Part shown: one piece after another, positions 46,796 to 57,096 of the stretch
Layout: each line of letters starts with the position of its first letter
How positions within the stretch are numbered: the stretch's first letter is position 1
Assembly (NCBI GenBank): GCA_965223705.1
Contig: OZ245015.1
Location: forward strand, 3,808,001-3,872,000
Reading direction: 5' to 3'
Length of the DNA: 64,000 nucleotides
Source of the DNA: Myxococcota bacterium
GTDB taxonomy: Bacteria > Myxococcota_A > UBA9160 > UBA6930
Notes under the pieces: generated by a model
What the model was told of the DNA's origin: nothing
The model's database searches: none
The model's input: the letters and a program-made list of their open reading frames with translations, nothing else
Program-made: the position numbers and the translations under genes

Positions 46796-47913
46796 AGCGG
46801 CACATCGTCGTCGCCGGCGGTGGGACCGGCGGGCACATCACTCCTGCGTTGGCGCTCGCGGAACAATTTCGCGACCGCGGAGAGAACGTCACGCTGATCG
46901 GTACGAAGCGCGGGCTCGACGCGCGCATGGTGCCGGCCGCCGGCTTCCCGTTGGAGACCCTCGATTCGCGGCCGCTCGTCGGTCGGTCGCTCAAGGAACG
47001 CGTGGGAGCGGTCTGGGCGCTCCTCCGCTCGACCGTCGCTGCGCGGCGATCGCTCCGAACGCTCGAGGCGGCCCTGGTGGTCTCGGTGGGGGGGTATGCC
47101 GCCGTGCCCGTCACCCTCGCCGCGCGCACGCTCAAGCTTCCGATCGCACTGGTCGAGCCGAACGCGCTTCCCGGCTTCGCGAACCGAGCGATGGCGCGGT
47201 TCGCCAAGCGCCTGTTCACGGGCTTCGACATCACGGCGAGCCGGCTGATCGGCCACCGAGATGATCCGCGCGTCCGCTGCTTGGGCGTACCCCTCCGGAG
47301 CGAACTCGTGGCCACGCTTGCCGATGCCCCCGCTGCGAGGGTTCCGGAGCCTCCGTACCGAATCTTTGTTTTCGGCGGCAGCCAAGGCGCCCGACAGCTG
47401 AACGAGGGCGTCCCCGAAGCACTCGCCGACCTGGGGGACGACCTTCCCCCCTCGTTCTTCGAGGTGGTTCACCAGACCGGCGAAGCCGATCGAGAAGCGG
47501 TTTTCGACGCCTACGCGCGCGCCGGAATTGGCGCCACGGTGCTCGCATTTGAAAGTGACATGGCAGGTCGCTATCGCTGGTCTGATCTAGTCGTTTGCCG
47601 CGCCGGCGCGCTCACCATCGCAGAGCTCGCCTTGGCGAAACGACCGGCGCTGCTCGTCCCCCTGGGCCACGTCGGAGGGGGAGAGCAAATCGAGAACGCG
47701 CGCGCTCTAGAAGCCGCGGGTGCGGCCCGCGTTCTGCCGTCCGCCTCGTGCACGCCGGACGCGTGGCGCGCCGCCTTGCGAGGGCTGCTCGAAGAGCCGA
47801 GCGCATGGCCGACGATGGGCGCCCGCGCTGGAGAGCTCGCCCGCCCGGCGGCCGCCGCCGAAATCGCCGACGAATGCTTGGTGCTCCTCGAAGCTCCGGG
47901 GCAGGTGGGATGA
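46792..47913 (+). CDS. murG: undecaprenyldiphospho-muramoylpentapeptide beta-GlcNAc transferase
   Basis: AGGGTGGHI, GGY, FGGSQGA, CRAGALT, Q..NA. Confidence 0.96.
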   Translation: MKRHIVVAGGGTGGHITPALALAEQFRDRGENVTLIGTKRGLDARMVPAAGFPLETLDSRPLVGRSLKERVGAVWALLRSTVAARRSLRTLEAALVVSVGGYAAVPVTLAARTLKLPIALVEPNALPGFANRAMARFAKRLFTGFDITASRLIGHRDDPRVRCLGVPLRSELVATLADAPAARVPEPPYRIFVFGGSQGARQLNEGVPEALADLGDDLPPSFFEVVHQTGEADREAVFDAYARAGIGATVLAFESDMAGRYRWSDLVVCRAGALTIAELALAKRPALLVPLGHVGGGEQIENARALEAAGAARVLPSASCTPDAWRAALRGLLEEPSAWPTMGARAGELARPAAAAEIADECLVLLEAPGQVG

Positions 47914-49310
47914 AGGGTCTCTTCCGACGCGTGCGACGGGTCCATTTCGTCGGGATCGGCGGGATCGGTATGTGTGGCCTCGCCGAGCTGCTCCACGTGC
48001 AAGGCGTCACGGTGACCGGATCGGACCTGCGCGAAGGGCCGACGGTCGAACGACTACGCGGACTCGGAGTCGAGATTTTCCAGGGGCACGACGGTCCTCA
48101 GGTCGGCGATACCGACGTGGTCGTCGTTTCGTCCGCCGTCGGGGACGAGAACCCCGAAGTGATCGAAGCCCGCCGCCGCGAGATCCCCGTGGTCCCCCGG
48201 GCCGAACTCCTCGCCGAGATCATGCGCCACAAGGAAGGGATCGCCGTCGCGGGAACCCACGGCAAGACGACCACGACGAGCCTGGTCGCGCACGTGCTCG
48301 AAGTCGCCGGGTTCGATCCCACGGCCGTGATCGGCGGTCGCGTTCGAGGATCCGGCGCGGATCCGACGGGCGCGAGACTGGGCCGCGGAGAATTGCTGGT
48401 CGCCGAGGCGGACGAGAGCGACGGGTCGTTCCTGGGCCTGTCCCCCGTGGTCTCCATCGTCACGAACATCGAGGCAGAGCACCTCGACCACTACGGGGAC
48501 GAGGCGCGCGTGCGCGAGGCGTTCGTCGCTTTCGCGAACCGCGTCCCGTTCTTCGGCCTGTGTGTGCTCTGTTTGGACGATCCCGGCGTCCAAGCCGCGC
48601 TCCCCGCGATCACGCGCCCCGCCTTGACCTACGGGTTCGCAACCCAGGCCGATCTCGTCGCGGCGGAGGTCGAGCCCTACCAAGGTGGAATGCGCTTTCA
48701 CGCCCGGCTCAGGGGAGAGCGCCTCGGCGCGATCCACTTGCCTCTGCCGGGACGTCACAACGTGCAGAACGCCTTGGCCGCCCTCGCGGTCGCCCTCGAG
48801 TTCGACGTGCCGTTCCCGCTCGCCGCGGAAGCGATGGAGTCCTTCCGCGGTATCGAGCGGCGCTTTGAAACGAAGGGGAGTTGCGGCGGCATTCGCGTCG
48901 TGGACGACTACGCGCACCACCCGACCGAGATTCGCGCGACGCTCGAGGCGGCCCGCGGGCTTCACTCGGGACGCATCGTGGCCGTCTTCCAGCCCCACCG
49001 ATTTACTCGGACGCGCGATCATCTCGAAGCATTCGCCACGGCCTTCCACGACGCCGAGCTTCTCGTCGTGACCGACATCTACGCGGCCGGCGAGGCGCCG
49101 ATCCCCGGTTGCGACGCCGACAACCTCTGCGAAGCGATTCGCGCTCACGGCCACCGAGCGGTGAGCCACGTCGCGGAACTCGCAGCGGTTCCCGGGGTGC
49201 TGGTACCCCGACTGCGCACGGGCGATCTGGTGATCACCTTCGGCGCGGGCAGCATCACCACGCTGGGACCGGAAATCCTGCGGTCCCTCGCGGAGCGGGG
49301 TCCGTGCTAG
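47910..49310 (+). CDS. murC: UDP-MurNAc:L-alanine ligase
   Basis: GIGGIGM, AGTHGKTTT, EADESDGSF, DDYAHHPTE, FQPHR. Confidence 0.97.
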   Translation: MKGLFRRVRRVHFVGIGGIGMCGLAELLHVQGVTVTGSDLREGPTVERLRGLGVEIFQGHDGPQVGDTDVVVVSSAVGDENPEVIEARRREIPVVPRAELLAEIMRHKEGIAVAGTHGKTTTTSLVAHVLEVAGFDPTAVIGGRVRGSGADPTGARLGRGELLVAEADESDGSFLGLSPVVSIVTNIEAEHLDHYGDEARVREAFVAFANRVPFFGLCVLCLDDPGVQAALPAITRPALTYGFATQADLVAAEVEPYQGGMRFHARLRGERLGAIHLPLPGRHNVQNALAALAVALEFDVPFPLAAEAMESFRGIERRFETKGSCGGIRVVDDYAHHPTEIRATLEAARGLHSGRIVAVFQPHRFTRTRDHLEAFATAFHDAELLVVTDIYAAGEAPIPGCDADNLCEAIRAHGHRAVSHVAELAAVPGVLVPRLRTGDLVITFGAGSITTLGPEILRSLAERGPC

Positions 49311-50209
49311 ATGCGGCCCTTCGCGAACTCGAGTCGATTGCCGATTGCGAATGGCGCCGCGATGCGCCGCTCTCGAGGCATACCTCGCTCGGTGTCGGTG
49401 GCCCCGCCGATCTCCTGGCGATTCCCGATTCCCGGGACGCAGCGGTTCACGTGCTCGCGACGGCGCGTCGTTGCGAGCTCCCGGTGGTCATCCTCGGCAA
49501 GGGCTTCAACACCTTGGTTCGCGACGGCGGATTTCGTGGCGTCGTGCTGGCGCTTTGGAAATTGCGGCGTCTCGAACGGCGCGGGGACGGCCCCCTCGTC
49601 GCCGAGGCCGGCGTTTCCCACAGCCGCGTCACCCACTACTGCAACACCCACGGGCTCTCGGGCCTCGAGTTTGCCGCCGGAATCCCCGGAACGGTCGGTG
49701 GGTGGATCGCGATGAACGCCGGCGTGCCCGACCGCGAGATGCGCGACGTGTTGACGCGAATCGACTTGATCAGCGAACGCGGCGAGTCCCCGTGCGACGT
49801 CGCCAACCTGGGGTTCCGCTATCGGGGCATCACGCTACCCGAGGGCAGCGCCGTCCTCGCCGGCCATTTCGACCTTTCCGAAGATTCTCCGGAAGCTGTG
49901 AGCGAGCGCGTCGCGGCCCAACTCGCCGCCCGCGCGAAGACCCAGCCCATCCACCGACCCTCCTGCGGCTCGGTCTTCAAGAACCCTCCGGGCGACTTCG
50001 CGGGTCGGCTGATCGAGGACGCGGGCTTGAAGGGCCAGGGCTCGGAGCGGGCGGCCTTTTCGGACCTCCACGCGAACTTCATCGTCACGGGACGAGGCGC
50101 GCGCGCAACCGACGTGCTTTCACTCATCGACCGCGCGCGCGAAGCCGTATACGAGCGATCGGGGGTCCTGCTCGAGACCGAAGTGAAAATCCTGGGAGAG
50201 GACGCGTGA
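49304..50209 (+). CDS. murB: UDP-N-acetylenolpyruvoylglucosamine reductase
   Basis: GGPAD, GLEFAAGIPGTVGG..MNAG, SCGSVFKNP, HANF, LETEV. Confidence 0.96.
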   Translation: MLDAALRELESIADCEWRRDAPLSRHTSLGVGGPADLLAIPDSRDAAVHVLATARRCELPVVILGKGFNTLVRDGGFRGVVLALWKLRRLERRGDGPLVAEAGVSHSRVTHYCNTHGLSGLEFAAGIPGTVGGWIAMNAGVPDREMRDVLTRIDLISERGESPCDVANLGFRYRGITLPEGSAVLAGHFDLSEDSPEAVSERVAAQLAARAKTQPIHRPSCGSVFKNPPGDFAGRLIEDAGLKGQGSERAAFSDLHANFIVTGRGARATDVLSLIDRAREAVYERSGVLLETEVKILGEDA

Positions 50210-51024
50210 GCTGGCCGGGTCTCCTCACGTCGCGCCGTGCCGCGCTCCTGTTCGGCCTGGGCAACGTCCTCGGTCTCGCACTGGGTTGGCAACCCATGGT
50301 GCTCGGATTCGGAACGGATGAAGCGAAGCACGCCGCGCCCGACGTCTCGGTCGTCGGGATGAATACCCTCGCCAGCGGGGACGTGCTGCGCGCGGCCGCT
50401 GTGTCGGCCCAATCGTCATTCGCAGCACTCGACGCGAGTCACGTCGCCGACCGTGTGGAGCGCCACCCGTGGATCGACGCCGCAAGCGCAGTCGCCCTGC
50501 CGCCGCGGCGGCTCCTGGTTCGGGTGGTCGAGCGCGAGCCCGTCGGACACGTGGCGATCGGCACCGACCGCTGGTGGGTCGATGCGCGAGGCCTGGCCTT
50601 CGCGCCGTTCAATGCCGACGCACACCGGGACGTGCCCGAGTTCGTCGGGATCTCCGATGTCTCACCGGGGAGCGGACATCGCCTGCTGCATCTCGCTGTG
50701 AGCGTCGGTCACGCTGTGGCGAAGATCGACGGCGTCCCCGCGCTGCGTTCGGTTCGCGTCGGAGGCACCAGCCCGGACCGACTTCCCGAGATCACCCTCG
50801 CCGGCGACATCCGCGTCGTCATCGGCCCGGGCGAATTGCGCGAGAAGCTTTCTCGGCTGGAACAACTTTTCGCGGAGATCCTCGACACCAAGCTGTCGGG
50901 CTCCGAAATCGATCTGCGCTTCGGAAATCGGATGGTTCTCCGGGGCGAGGCGGTACGCAGTGCCGCACTGACATCACTTCGAAGGACCGAGGTGGTGTCC
51001 GGAACCGGGGGCGTCGGCCACTAG
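50206..51024 (+). CDS. ftsQ: cell division protein FtsQ/DivIB
   Basis: TM, POTRA-like ..HPWI..A..LP..L.V.V.ER.P, C-terminal IDLRF; upstream of ftsA. Confidence 0.85.
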   Translation: MSWPGLLTSRRAALLFGLGNVLGLALGWQPMVLGFGTDEAKHAAPDVSVVGMNTLASGDVLRAAAVSAQSSFAALDASHVADRVERHPWIDAASAVALPPRRLLVRVVEREPVGHVAIGTDRWWVDARGLAFAPFNADAHRDVPEFVGISDVSPGSGHRLLHLAVSVGHAVAKIDGVPALRSVRVGGTSPDRLPEITLAGDIRVVIGPGELREKLSRLEQLFAEILDTKLSGSEIDLRFGNRMVLRGEAVRSAALTSLRRTEVVSGTGGVGH

Positions 51025-51076
51025 GCGGCGCTCCGCGGCGCGTGGGCGTCGCGAAAAACACCTGGGGGGGTGAACT

Positions 51077-52315
51077 GTGTCTCGAAAGGACGAGTTGATC
51101 GTCGGCCTGGATATCGGCACGACGAAGATCTGCGCCGTCGTCGCCGAACGGAGCGAAACCGGCATCGACATTGTGGGCATCGGTACCCATGTCTCGCGCG
51201 GCCTGCGCAAAGGTGTCGTGGTCGACATCGATGCCACGGTCGAGTCGATCAAGCGGGCCGTGGAAGAAGCGGAGTTGATGGCGGATTGCGAAATCACCTC
51301 GGTCTATGCGGGGATCGCCGGCGGCCATATCAGCGGCATGAACTCCCACGGCATCGTCGCGGTGAAAGACCGCGAGGTGACCGACAACGACGTCCGCCGC
51401 GTGATCGACGCCGCGAAAGCCGTCGCGATCCCGATGGATCGCGAAGTCATTCACGTCATCCCGCAAGAGTTCATCATCGACGACCAGGACGGGATTCGCG
51501 AGCCGCTCGGTATGAGCGGCGTGCGTCTGGAAGCGAAGATCCACATCGTGACCGCCGCCGTCACCAGCGCCCAGAACATCGTCAAGTGCGCGAACAAGGC
51601 GGGACTCAACGTCGCCGACATCGTGCTCGAGCCGCTGGCGTCGGCGGAAGCGGTCTTGGCCGGCGATGAGCGCGACCTGGGGGTGTGCTTGATCGATATC
51701 GGGGGCGGTACAACGGACGTCGCCGTGTTCTCCGACGGTTCGATTCAGAACACGTCGGTTCTGGGGCTCGGCGGCTACCACATCACGAACGACATCGCGG
51801 TCGGTCTGCGCACGCCGTTTGACGAGGCGGAGCGCATCAAGAAGCGCTTCGGCGTCGCGTCGTCGCGCTACTTGGCGAGCGACGACGTCATCACGGTTCC
51901 GAGCGTCGGCGGCCGACGTCCGCGCGAGGTTTCGCGGAAGATCCTTTGCGAGATCATCGAACCCCGAGTCGACGAGATCCTCTCGCTCGCGCGGCAAGAG
52001 CTCGTGAAGGCCGGGCTGGAGGACAAGATCCCGTCCGGAGTCGCGCTGACCGGCGGTTGCTCCGCGCTCGACGGGCTCGCCGAGCTGGCGGAGGAGATCT
52101 TCGAATCGCCGGTCCGGCGGGGTCTCCCGATCCGAGTGGGCGGGCTGCAAGACGTCGTCCGCAGCCCGATGTACTCGACCGGCGTGGGCCTGGTGCTCTA
52201 CGGCTTGAGCCAGGGACAAAAGCGCGAGTCGACGCGCTTCCGGATCCGCGACGATTCCATTTTCCGCCGCGTCAAACAGCGTATGCGCGACTGGTTCTAC
52301 GGCGAAGTCGAGTAG
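51077..52315 (+). CDS. ftsA: cell division protein FtsA
   Basis: GLDIGTTK, DIGGGTT, AERIK, LTGG, YSTGVGL; C-terminal amphipathic helix. Confidence 0.98.
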   Translation: MSRKDELIVGLDIGTTKICAVVAERSETGIDIVGIGTHVSRGLRKGVVVDIDATVESIKRAVEEAELMADCEITSVYAGIAGGHISGMNSHGIVAVKDREVTDNDVRRVIDAAKAVAIPMDREVIHVIPQEFIIDDQDGIREPLGMSGVRLEAKIHIVTAAVTSAQNIVKCANKAGLNVADIVLEPLASAEAVLAGDERDLGVCLIDIGGGTTDVAVFSDGSIQNTSVLGLGGYHITNDIAVGLRTPFDEAERIKKRFGVASSRYLASDDVITVPSVGGRRPREVSRKILCEIIEPRVDEILSLARQELVKAGLEDKIPSGVALTGGCSALDGLAELAEEIFESPVRRGLPIRVGGLQDVVRSPMYSTGVGLVLYGLSQGQKRESTRFRIRDDSIFRRVKQRMRDWFYGEVE

Positions 52316-52324
52316 ACCGACCCC

Positions 52325-52355
52325 GGGACGGCGTGCGCTCCTGCGCCGCCGTCCC
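52325..52355 (+). other. GC-rich hairpin after ftsA (mRNA stability or weak terminator)
   Basis: gggacggcg(t)gcgc-tcct-gcgc-cgccgtccc; no U tract. Confidence 0.45.
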
Positions 52356-52472
52356 CGCCCCCTCCAAAGCTTCAAAATAGAACGGCAGTTCTAGGCGCCA
52401 ACCCCTCGTGGGCATTGGGAAACGTGCTAGATTGCCTACATCAGTCAACGCCGGTGTTCAGGGGGGTGAACG

Positions 52473-53849
52473 ATGGCGTCCAATGGTCGATCGAAAGATC
52501 GAAATCAGCGAAATACGTCCACGAAGAACTCGAAAGCGGCCGAAAATTTCGCCGAAGACGACGATTCTCAGGCGCTGCTCGAGCTCGAGGCCAACGAGCG
52601 GCTTCACGCGAAGATCAAGGTCGTCGGCGTGGGAGGTGGCGGCGGGAACGCGCTGAACACCATGATTCGCTCGAAGCTTCAGGGCGTCGAGTTCCTCGCG
52701 GCGAACACCGACGCCCAGGCGCTCGAATACAGCGAGGCCGGGTGCCGGATCCAGCTGGGGACCGCCGTCACGCGGGGACTGGGCTGCGGGGCGAACCCGG
52801 AGCGCGGTCGCGAGGCCGCCCTGGAAGACCGCGACCGCCTGCGCGAAGCGCTGTCCGGCGCCGACATGGTCTTCGTCACCGCCGGCCTGGGCGGCGGCAC
52901 GGGCACCGGTGCGGCTCCGATCATCGCGGAAGTCGCGCGGGATCTCGGCGCGCTCACCGTCGCCGTCGTGACGAAACCTTTTCCCTTCGAAGGTCGCGTC
53001 CGACTGGGCCACGCGGATCAGGGGCTCGAGCGACTGCACGACGTCGTCGACACCCTGATCACGATCCCGAATCAGCGGCTGTTGGCACTCGCCGGAAAAG
53101 AAACGGCGATCATGGACGCCTTCAAGCTCGCCGACGAAGTGCTCCTGAACGCCGTGAAAGGGATCTCGGACCTCATCACGGTCCACGGGCTGATCAACCT
53201 CGACTTCGCCGACGTCCGCACGATCATGAACGAGATGGGCATGGCGCTGATGGGGACGGGCATGGGCGTCGGCGACAACCGCGCTGCAGACGCGGCACAC
53301 GCCGCGATTTCGAGCCCGCTCCTCGAAGACGTTTCCATCGACGGGGCTCGCGGCGTGCTGATCAACATCAGCGGTGGTCCGGACATGACGCTCTTCGAAG
53401 TCAACGAAGCGTCGACCTTGGTACAAGACGCCGCGCACGAAGAAGCGAACATCATCTTCGGCGCGGTCATCGACGAGACCCTTCCGAAGGGCGAGCTGCG
53501 CGTCACGGTCATCGCAACGGGCCTGAACGACGGGCGTCACCCGACCCGGGGAATGAGCGTCGAGGACGGCGAGCTGACGAACGTCACGCCGCTGCACGCG
53601 GAGCCCGAGCAGGTATCACTCGTCGATGTGACGGTGGCGAGCAGCGAAGAGCCCGCGAGTCCGGTGGCAGAGCCGGAGCTCGCACCGCTCGCGCCGCGCG
53701 CCAGCGAAGAGCCGCCCGCAGACCCCGCGCCGGAGGATTTCCTCTCGCCGTTCGCCGAGGATGAACTCGACGTGCCGGCTTTCTTGAGGCGCAAGCGTCG
53801 GCGCAGCGAGGAAGATGAGCCGGCGTTTCTTCGACGCAGCGCGGACTAG
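52473..53849 (+). CDS. ftsZ: cell division protein FtsZ
   Basis: [15 protein letters not shown] tubulin signature, NLDFAD, C-terminal PAFLRR. Confidence 0.98.
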   Translation: MASNGRSKDRNQRNTSTKNSKAAENFAEDDDSQALLELEANERLHAKIKVVGVGGGGGNALNTMIRSKLQGVEFLAANTDAQALEYSEAGCRIQLGTAVTRGLGCGANPERGREAALEDRDRLREALSGADMVFVTAGLGGGTGTGAAPIIAEVARDLGALTVAVVTKPFPFEGRVRLGHADQGLERLHDVVDTLITIPNQRLLALAGKETAIMDAFKLADEVLLNAVKGISDLITVHGLINLDFADVRTIMNEMGMALMGTGMGVGDNRAADAAHAAISSPLLEDVSIDGARGVLINISGGPDMTLFEVNEASTLVQDAAHEEANIIFGAVIDETLPKGELRVTVIATGLNDGRHPTRGMSVEDGELTNVTPLHAEPEQVSLVDVTVASSEEPASPVAEPELAPLAPRASEEPPADPAPEDFLSPFAEDELDVPAFLRRKRRRSEEDEPAFLRRSAD

Positions 53850-53930
53850 CACCACCTCGTAGCGCAGGGCTTAGGAAGCAGCCGCTTCGGGCGATTGGCA
53901 TGCCCGGAGCGGCTGCGCCACGTTCCGGGC

Positions 53931-54743
53931 ATGGGTACTCCCGACGTCCGACTCGAGCGGCGTGACGCGATCGCCATTCTCACGTTCGATGATCCGGATC
54001 GCCTCAACGCGATGACCGAAGCCATGGGGCGGGCCTTGTCGGCACGAGTCGACGAGCTACGCGACGATGAGAATCTCCGAGCGGTGGTCCTGACCGGCGC
54101 CGGGCGGGCGTTCTCGGCGGGCGGCGATCTCGACATGATCGTCGCCAAAGGCGAAGCGGGCCGGAGCAGTCCGGGGGGCGCGACGCGCCAGGCCGGCCGC
54201 GACTTCATGCGCAACTTCTACGGTCTCTACCTGCGCGTTCGCGACCTTCCGTGTCCCACCATCGCCGCCATCAACGGGCCTGCAATCGGAGCGGGCTTCT
54301 GCGTTGCGCTGGCGTGCGACATACGGGTCGCGGGCAAGCGAGCGAAGCTCGGCCTCAATTTCGTTCGTCTCGGCATGCATCCCGGGATGGGGGCGACCTG
54401 GACCCTTCCGCGCATTGTCGGCCACGCAATCGCCGCCGAGATGCTCTACACGGGACGCGTGATGGACGGCAAAGAGGCGGCTCGGCTCGGCGTCGTCAAT
54501 CGAGCCGTCCCGCGCGGAGAAGTGCTCGACTGCGCTCTGGGCTTGGCCGAAGAAATCGCCGTGGCTTCCCCGCTCGCGGTGCGCGGCGTGCGAGAAGCCC
54601 TGGCTCGGAGCCCCCACGCGAGTCTCGCAGAACAACTCGACTTCGAAGCTTCCGAGCAATCGAAAAACTACGAGAGCGAAGATCTCGTCGAAGGCATCGC
54701 CGCCATCAAAGAAAAGCGCGCGCCGGTGTTTCAAGGCCAGTAG
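53931..54743 (+). CDS. enoyl-CoA hydratase/isomerase family protein
   Basis: RLNAM, GRAFSAGGD, PTIAAINGPAIGAG, ACDIR, EKRAPVF. Confidence 0.93.
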   Translation: MGTPDVRLERRDAIAILTFDDPDRLNAMTEAMGRALSARVDELRDDENLRAVVLTGAGRAFSAGGDLDMIVAKGEAGRSSPGGATRQAGRDFMRNFYGLYLRVRDLPCPTIAAINGPAIGAGFCVALACDIRVAGKRAKLGLNFVRLGMHPGMGATWTLPRIVGHAIAAEMLYTGRVMDGKEAARLGVVNRAVPRGEVLDCALGLAEEIAVASPLAVRGVREALARSPHASLAEQLDFEASEQSKNYESEDLVEGIAAIKEKRAPVFQGQ

Positions 54744-54762
54744 CCGTGTCACGAGTTCGCGT

Positions 54763-55740
54763 ATGAGAGTGCTCGTCACCGGCGGCAGCGGCTACGTCGG
54801 CCGCGCTTTGTGTCGCAGGCTGTTGCCCGAACACGAGCTTCACGTCCTCGATAGCTTTCGCTTCGGTCGGGAGCGCCTCGCCGCAGCCGAGGAAGGCGGC
54901 GCACACGTGCACCCGTGCGATCTCGGCGACGCGGCGGGCATCGCAGCGTGTCTCGAGCGCGTTGCGCCCGAAGCGATCGTTCACCTGGCCGCTGTCCACT
55001 ACATCCCGGAGTGCGAAGACGATCCGAAGCGGGCGCTCGCGACGAACGTCACGGGCACGGTCAACCTGCTCGCGGCCTGCCCGCCGGGCTGCCGGGTGAT
55101 CTTCATGAGTAGCGCCGCGGTCTACGAACCCTCGGACCGAGCGCATCGCGAGACCGACGCGACCCTCAAGCAGCCGGTTGATATGTACGGGCTGACGAAA
55201 CTCCACGGCGAGTCCTACACCCGCTACTTCGCGAGGCAGCGAGATTTTTCGGCGGTGATCGTGCGTCTGTTCAACGTGGTCGGCCCCGGCGAAACGAACC
55301 CTCATCTCGTTCCCGAAATCGTCGCGCAAGCGCTGTCGGGCACGCGAACGCTCTCGTTGGGGAACACGAAACCCAAACGGGACTTCATCCACGTGGAAGA
55401 CGTCGCGGAGGGGCTCGAGCGCCTGCTCACCGCGCCGGACGTCGCCGCGGGGGGCGCGGAGGTCGTAAACCTCGGCACCGGCCGCGCGCATTCCGTCGAA
55501 GAACTCGTCGCGATGCTCGCCACCATCGCCGGTAGCGAGATCGCGATCGAAACCGATCCGGCGCGCGTGCGCGCGGTCGATCGACCGAACTTGTGCGCGG
55601 ATACCGCCCACTTGCAGAGCGTCTTGGGGTGGAAGCCCGAGCGACTTCTCATCGATGCGGTACGCGACCTGTGGGAGACCCGCGACCTCCCCGCCGCCTT
55701 GCTCGAGCGCTACGCGGACCGCTTCGAAACGAATCGGTGA
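54763..55740 (+). CDS. NAD-dependent nucleotide-sugar epimerase/dehydratase
   Basis: TGGSGYVG, SSAAVY, YGLTK, RLFNVVGP, RDFIHV. Confidence 0.92.
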   Translation: MRVLVTGGSGYVGRALCRRLLPEHELHVLDSFRFGRERLAAAEEGGAHVHPCDLGDAAGIAACLERVAPEAIVHLAAVHYIPECEDDPKRALATNVTGTVNLLAACPPGCRVIFMSSAAVYEPSDRAHRETDATLKQPVDMYGLTKLHGESYTRYFARQRDFSAVIVRLFNVVGPGETNPHLVPEIVAQALSGTRTLSLGNTKPKRDFIHVEDVAEGLERLLTAPDVAAGGAEVVNLGTGRAHSVEELVAMLATIAGSEIAIETDPARVRAVDRPNLCADTAHLQSVLGWKPERLLIDAVRDLWETRDLPAALLERYADRFETNR

Positions 55741-56921
55741 GAGTTCTCGCCACGGCCATCGTTCCGCCTCACATGGACGTGAGTGGTGGTCTGCGAGCCG
55801 CGATCGCATTGTCGGCCGCCTTGACCCCGCACTGCACGATCGAGTTGGCGCGCCTCGCGTTGACGGACGGTACGAGGCAGGAGGACGGTCTCCGGATACG
55901 CGACGTTCGCGCGCGCCTCCCCGCCGAACCGCTGCTTCAGCGACTGCCGAACAAAGTGCGTACGCCGCTCTATCGGTCGGATCTTCCGCAGTGCGTGACA
56001 GCCGAATTCGACTTGGTTCACATCCACAACCCGATGCCGACCCTCGAGATGGCGCGGGTCGCGAAACGCTGCGTCGCTCTGGGGAAACCCTATGTCGTCT
56101 CGACCCACGGTTTCGTGGAAGTCGCTTCGGACGGGCGCACCTACGGGTTGGGCCCCGGCGGGCGCCTCGCGTGGAAATTCTTGGTGACCCGTCCGCTTCG
56201 CTACGTGGTAGCGAACGCGTCGCGGATCCTGGCGCTTTCGCCGGCCGAGTTTCCCTTGCTTTCAAAGCTCGGGGTCCCGGACCGTCGGATCGATGTCGTT
56301 CCGAACGGGATCGATCCGCCCGAACGCGTGACCGAGGAACAGGCCGCCGCGACGCGGCGCAAACTGGGAATACCGACACGCGACGGCCGACCGCGAGCGC
56401 TGTTTCTGGCGAACCACACGGCCAACAAGGGATTGCCACTGCTCCTCGAAGCGATTCTTCGCACCGAGCGTCCGTTCGTGCTGATCGCGGGCGGAAGTCC
56501 GCGGCCGGAAATTGACTACGAAGCTTGGCAGGCGCGGTGCGGTCCCGATCAGGAAATCGTATTCACGGGTTTCGTAGCCGATGAAGACGTCGGTCCGTTG
56601 TTTTACGAGGCGGATTTCTTCGCGTTTCCCACCCTCGCCGATACGTTCCCGCTCGCGGTTCTCGAGGCGCTGGCCCACGGGAAGGCCGTCCTGGCGTCTC
56701 GCGTAGGCGGCATCCCCTACCAGATCGACGAGAAATGCGGCGTTTTGGTCGAGCCCGGGAGGGTCGACGCCTGGTGTGCGGCCCTCGCCGGCGCCTTCGA
56801 CGCCCCCGAGCGGATACGGGCGCTCGGGGCGGGTTCCGCTGCTGCAAGTGCTCGCTTTCGTTGGGAAACCTCTGCTGTCGCGGCACTCGACGCGTACCGC
56901 AGCGTCCTATCCTCCTCCTGA
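55737..56921 (+). CDS. glycosyltransferase family 4
   Basis: FDLVHIH, STHG, VPNG, NKG, DTFPLAVLEALAHG, SRVGGIP. Confidence 0.9.
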   Translation: MRVLATAIVPPHMDVSGGLRAAIALSAALTPHCTIELARLALTDGTRQEDGLRIRDVRARLPAEPLLQRLPNKVRTPLYRSDLPQCVTAEFDLVHIHNPMPTLEMARVAKRCVALGKPYVVSTHGFVEVASDGRTYGLGPGGRLAWKFLVTRPLRYVVANASRILALSPAEFPLLSKLGVPDRRIDVVPNGIDPPERVTEEQAAATRRKLGIPTRDGRPRALFLANHTANKGLPLLLEAILRTERPFVLIAGGSPRPEIDYEAWQARCGPDQEIVFTGFVADEDVGPLFYEADFFAFPTLADTFPLAVLEALAHGKAVLASRVGGIPYQIDEKCGVLVEPGRVDAWCAALAGAFDAPERIRALGAGSAAASARFRWETSAVAALDAYRSVLSSS

Positions 56922-56989
56922 CCGCGCCGCCACCTCGAAAAATGAGGTGTTTCTCCTGATCCAAGAACCACACTTTTCACGACGAAGTG

Positions 56990-57005
56990 TGTGATCAATA
57001 CCACA
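56990..57005. promoter_or_regulatory. CRP/FNR-family-like binding site upstream of polysaccharide operon
   Basis: TGTGA-tcaata-CCACA, 9/10 match to TGTGA-N6-TCACA, in an AT-rich intergenic region. Confidence 0.45.
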
Positions 57006-57096
57006 AGTCTTGTAGTCTAGAGACTGCGTTTCAGTTTGATTCGGGACCTAAAAACCCCAGGTAGATCACAGATATAGGGAGATGGGGGCGCTTCGC

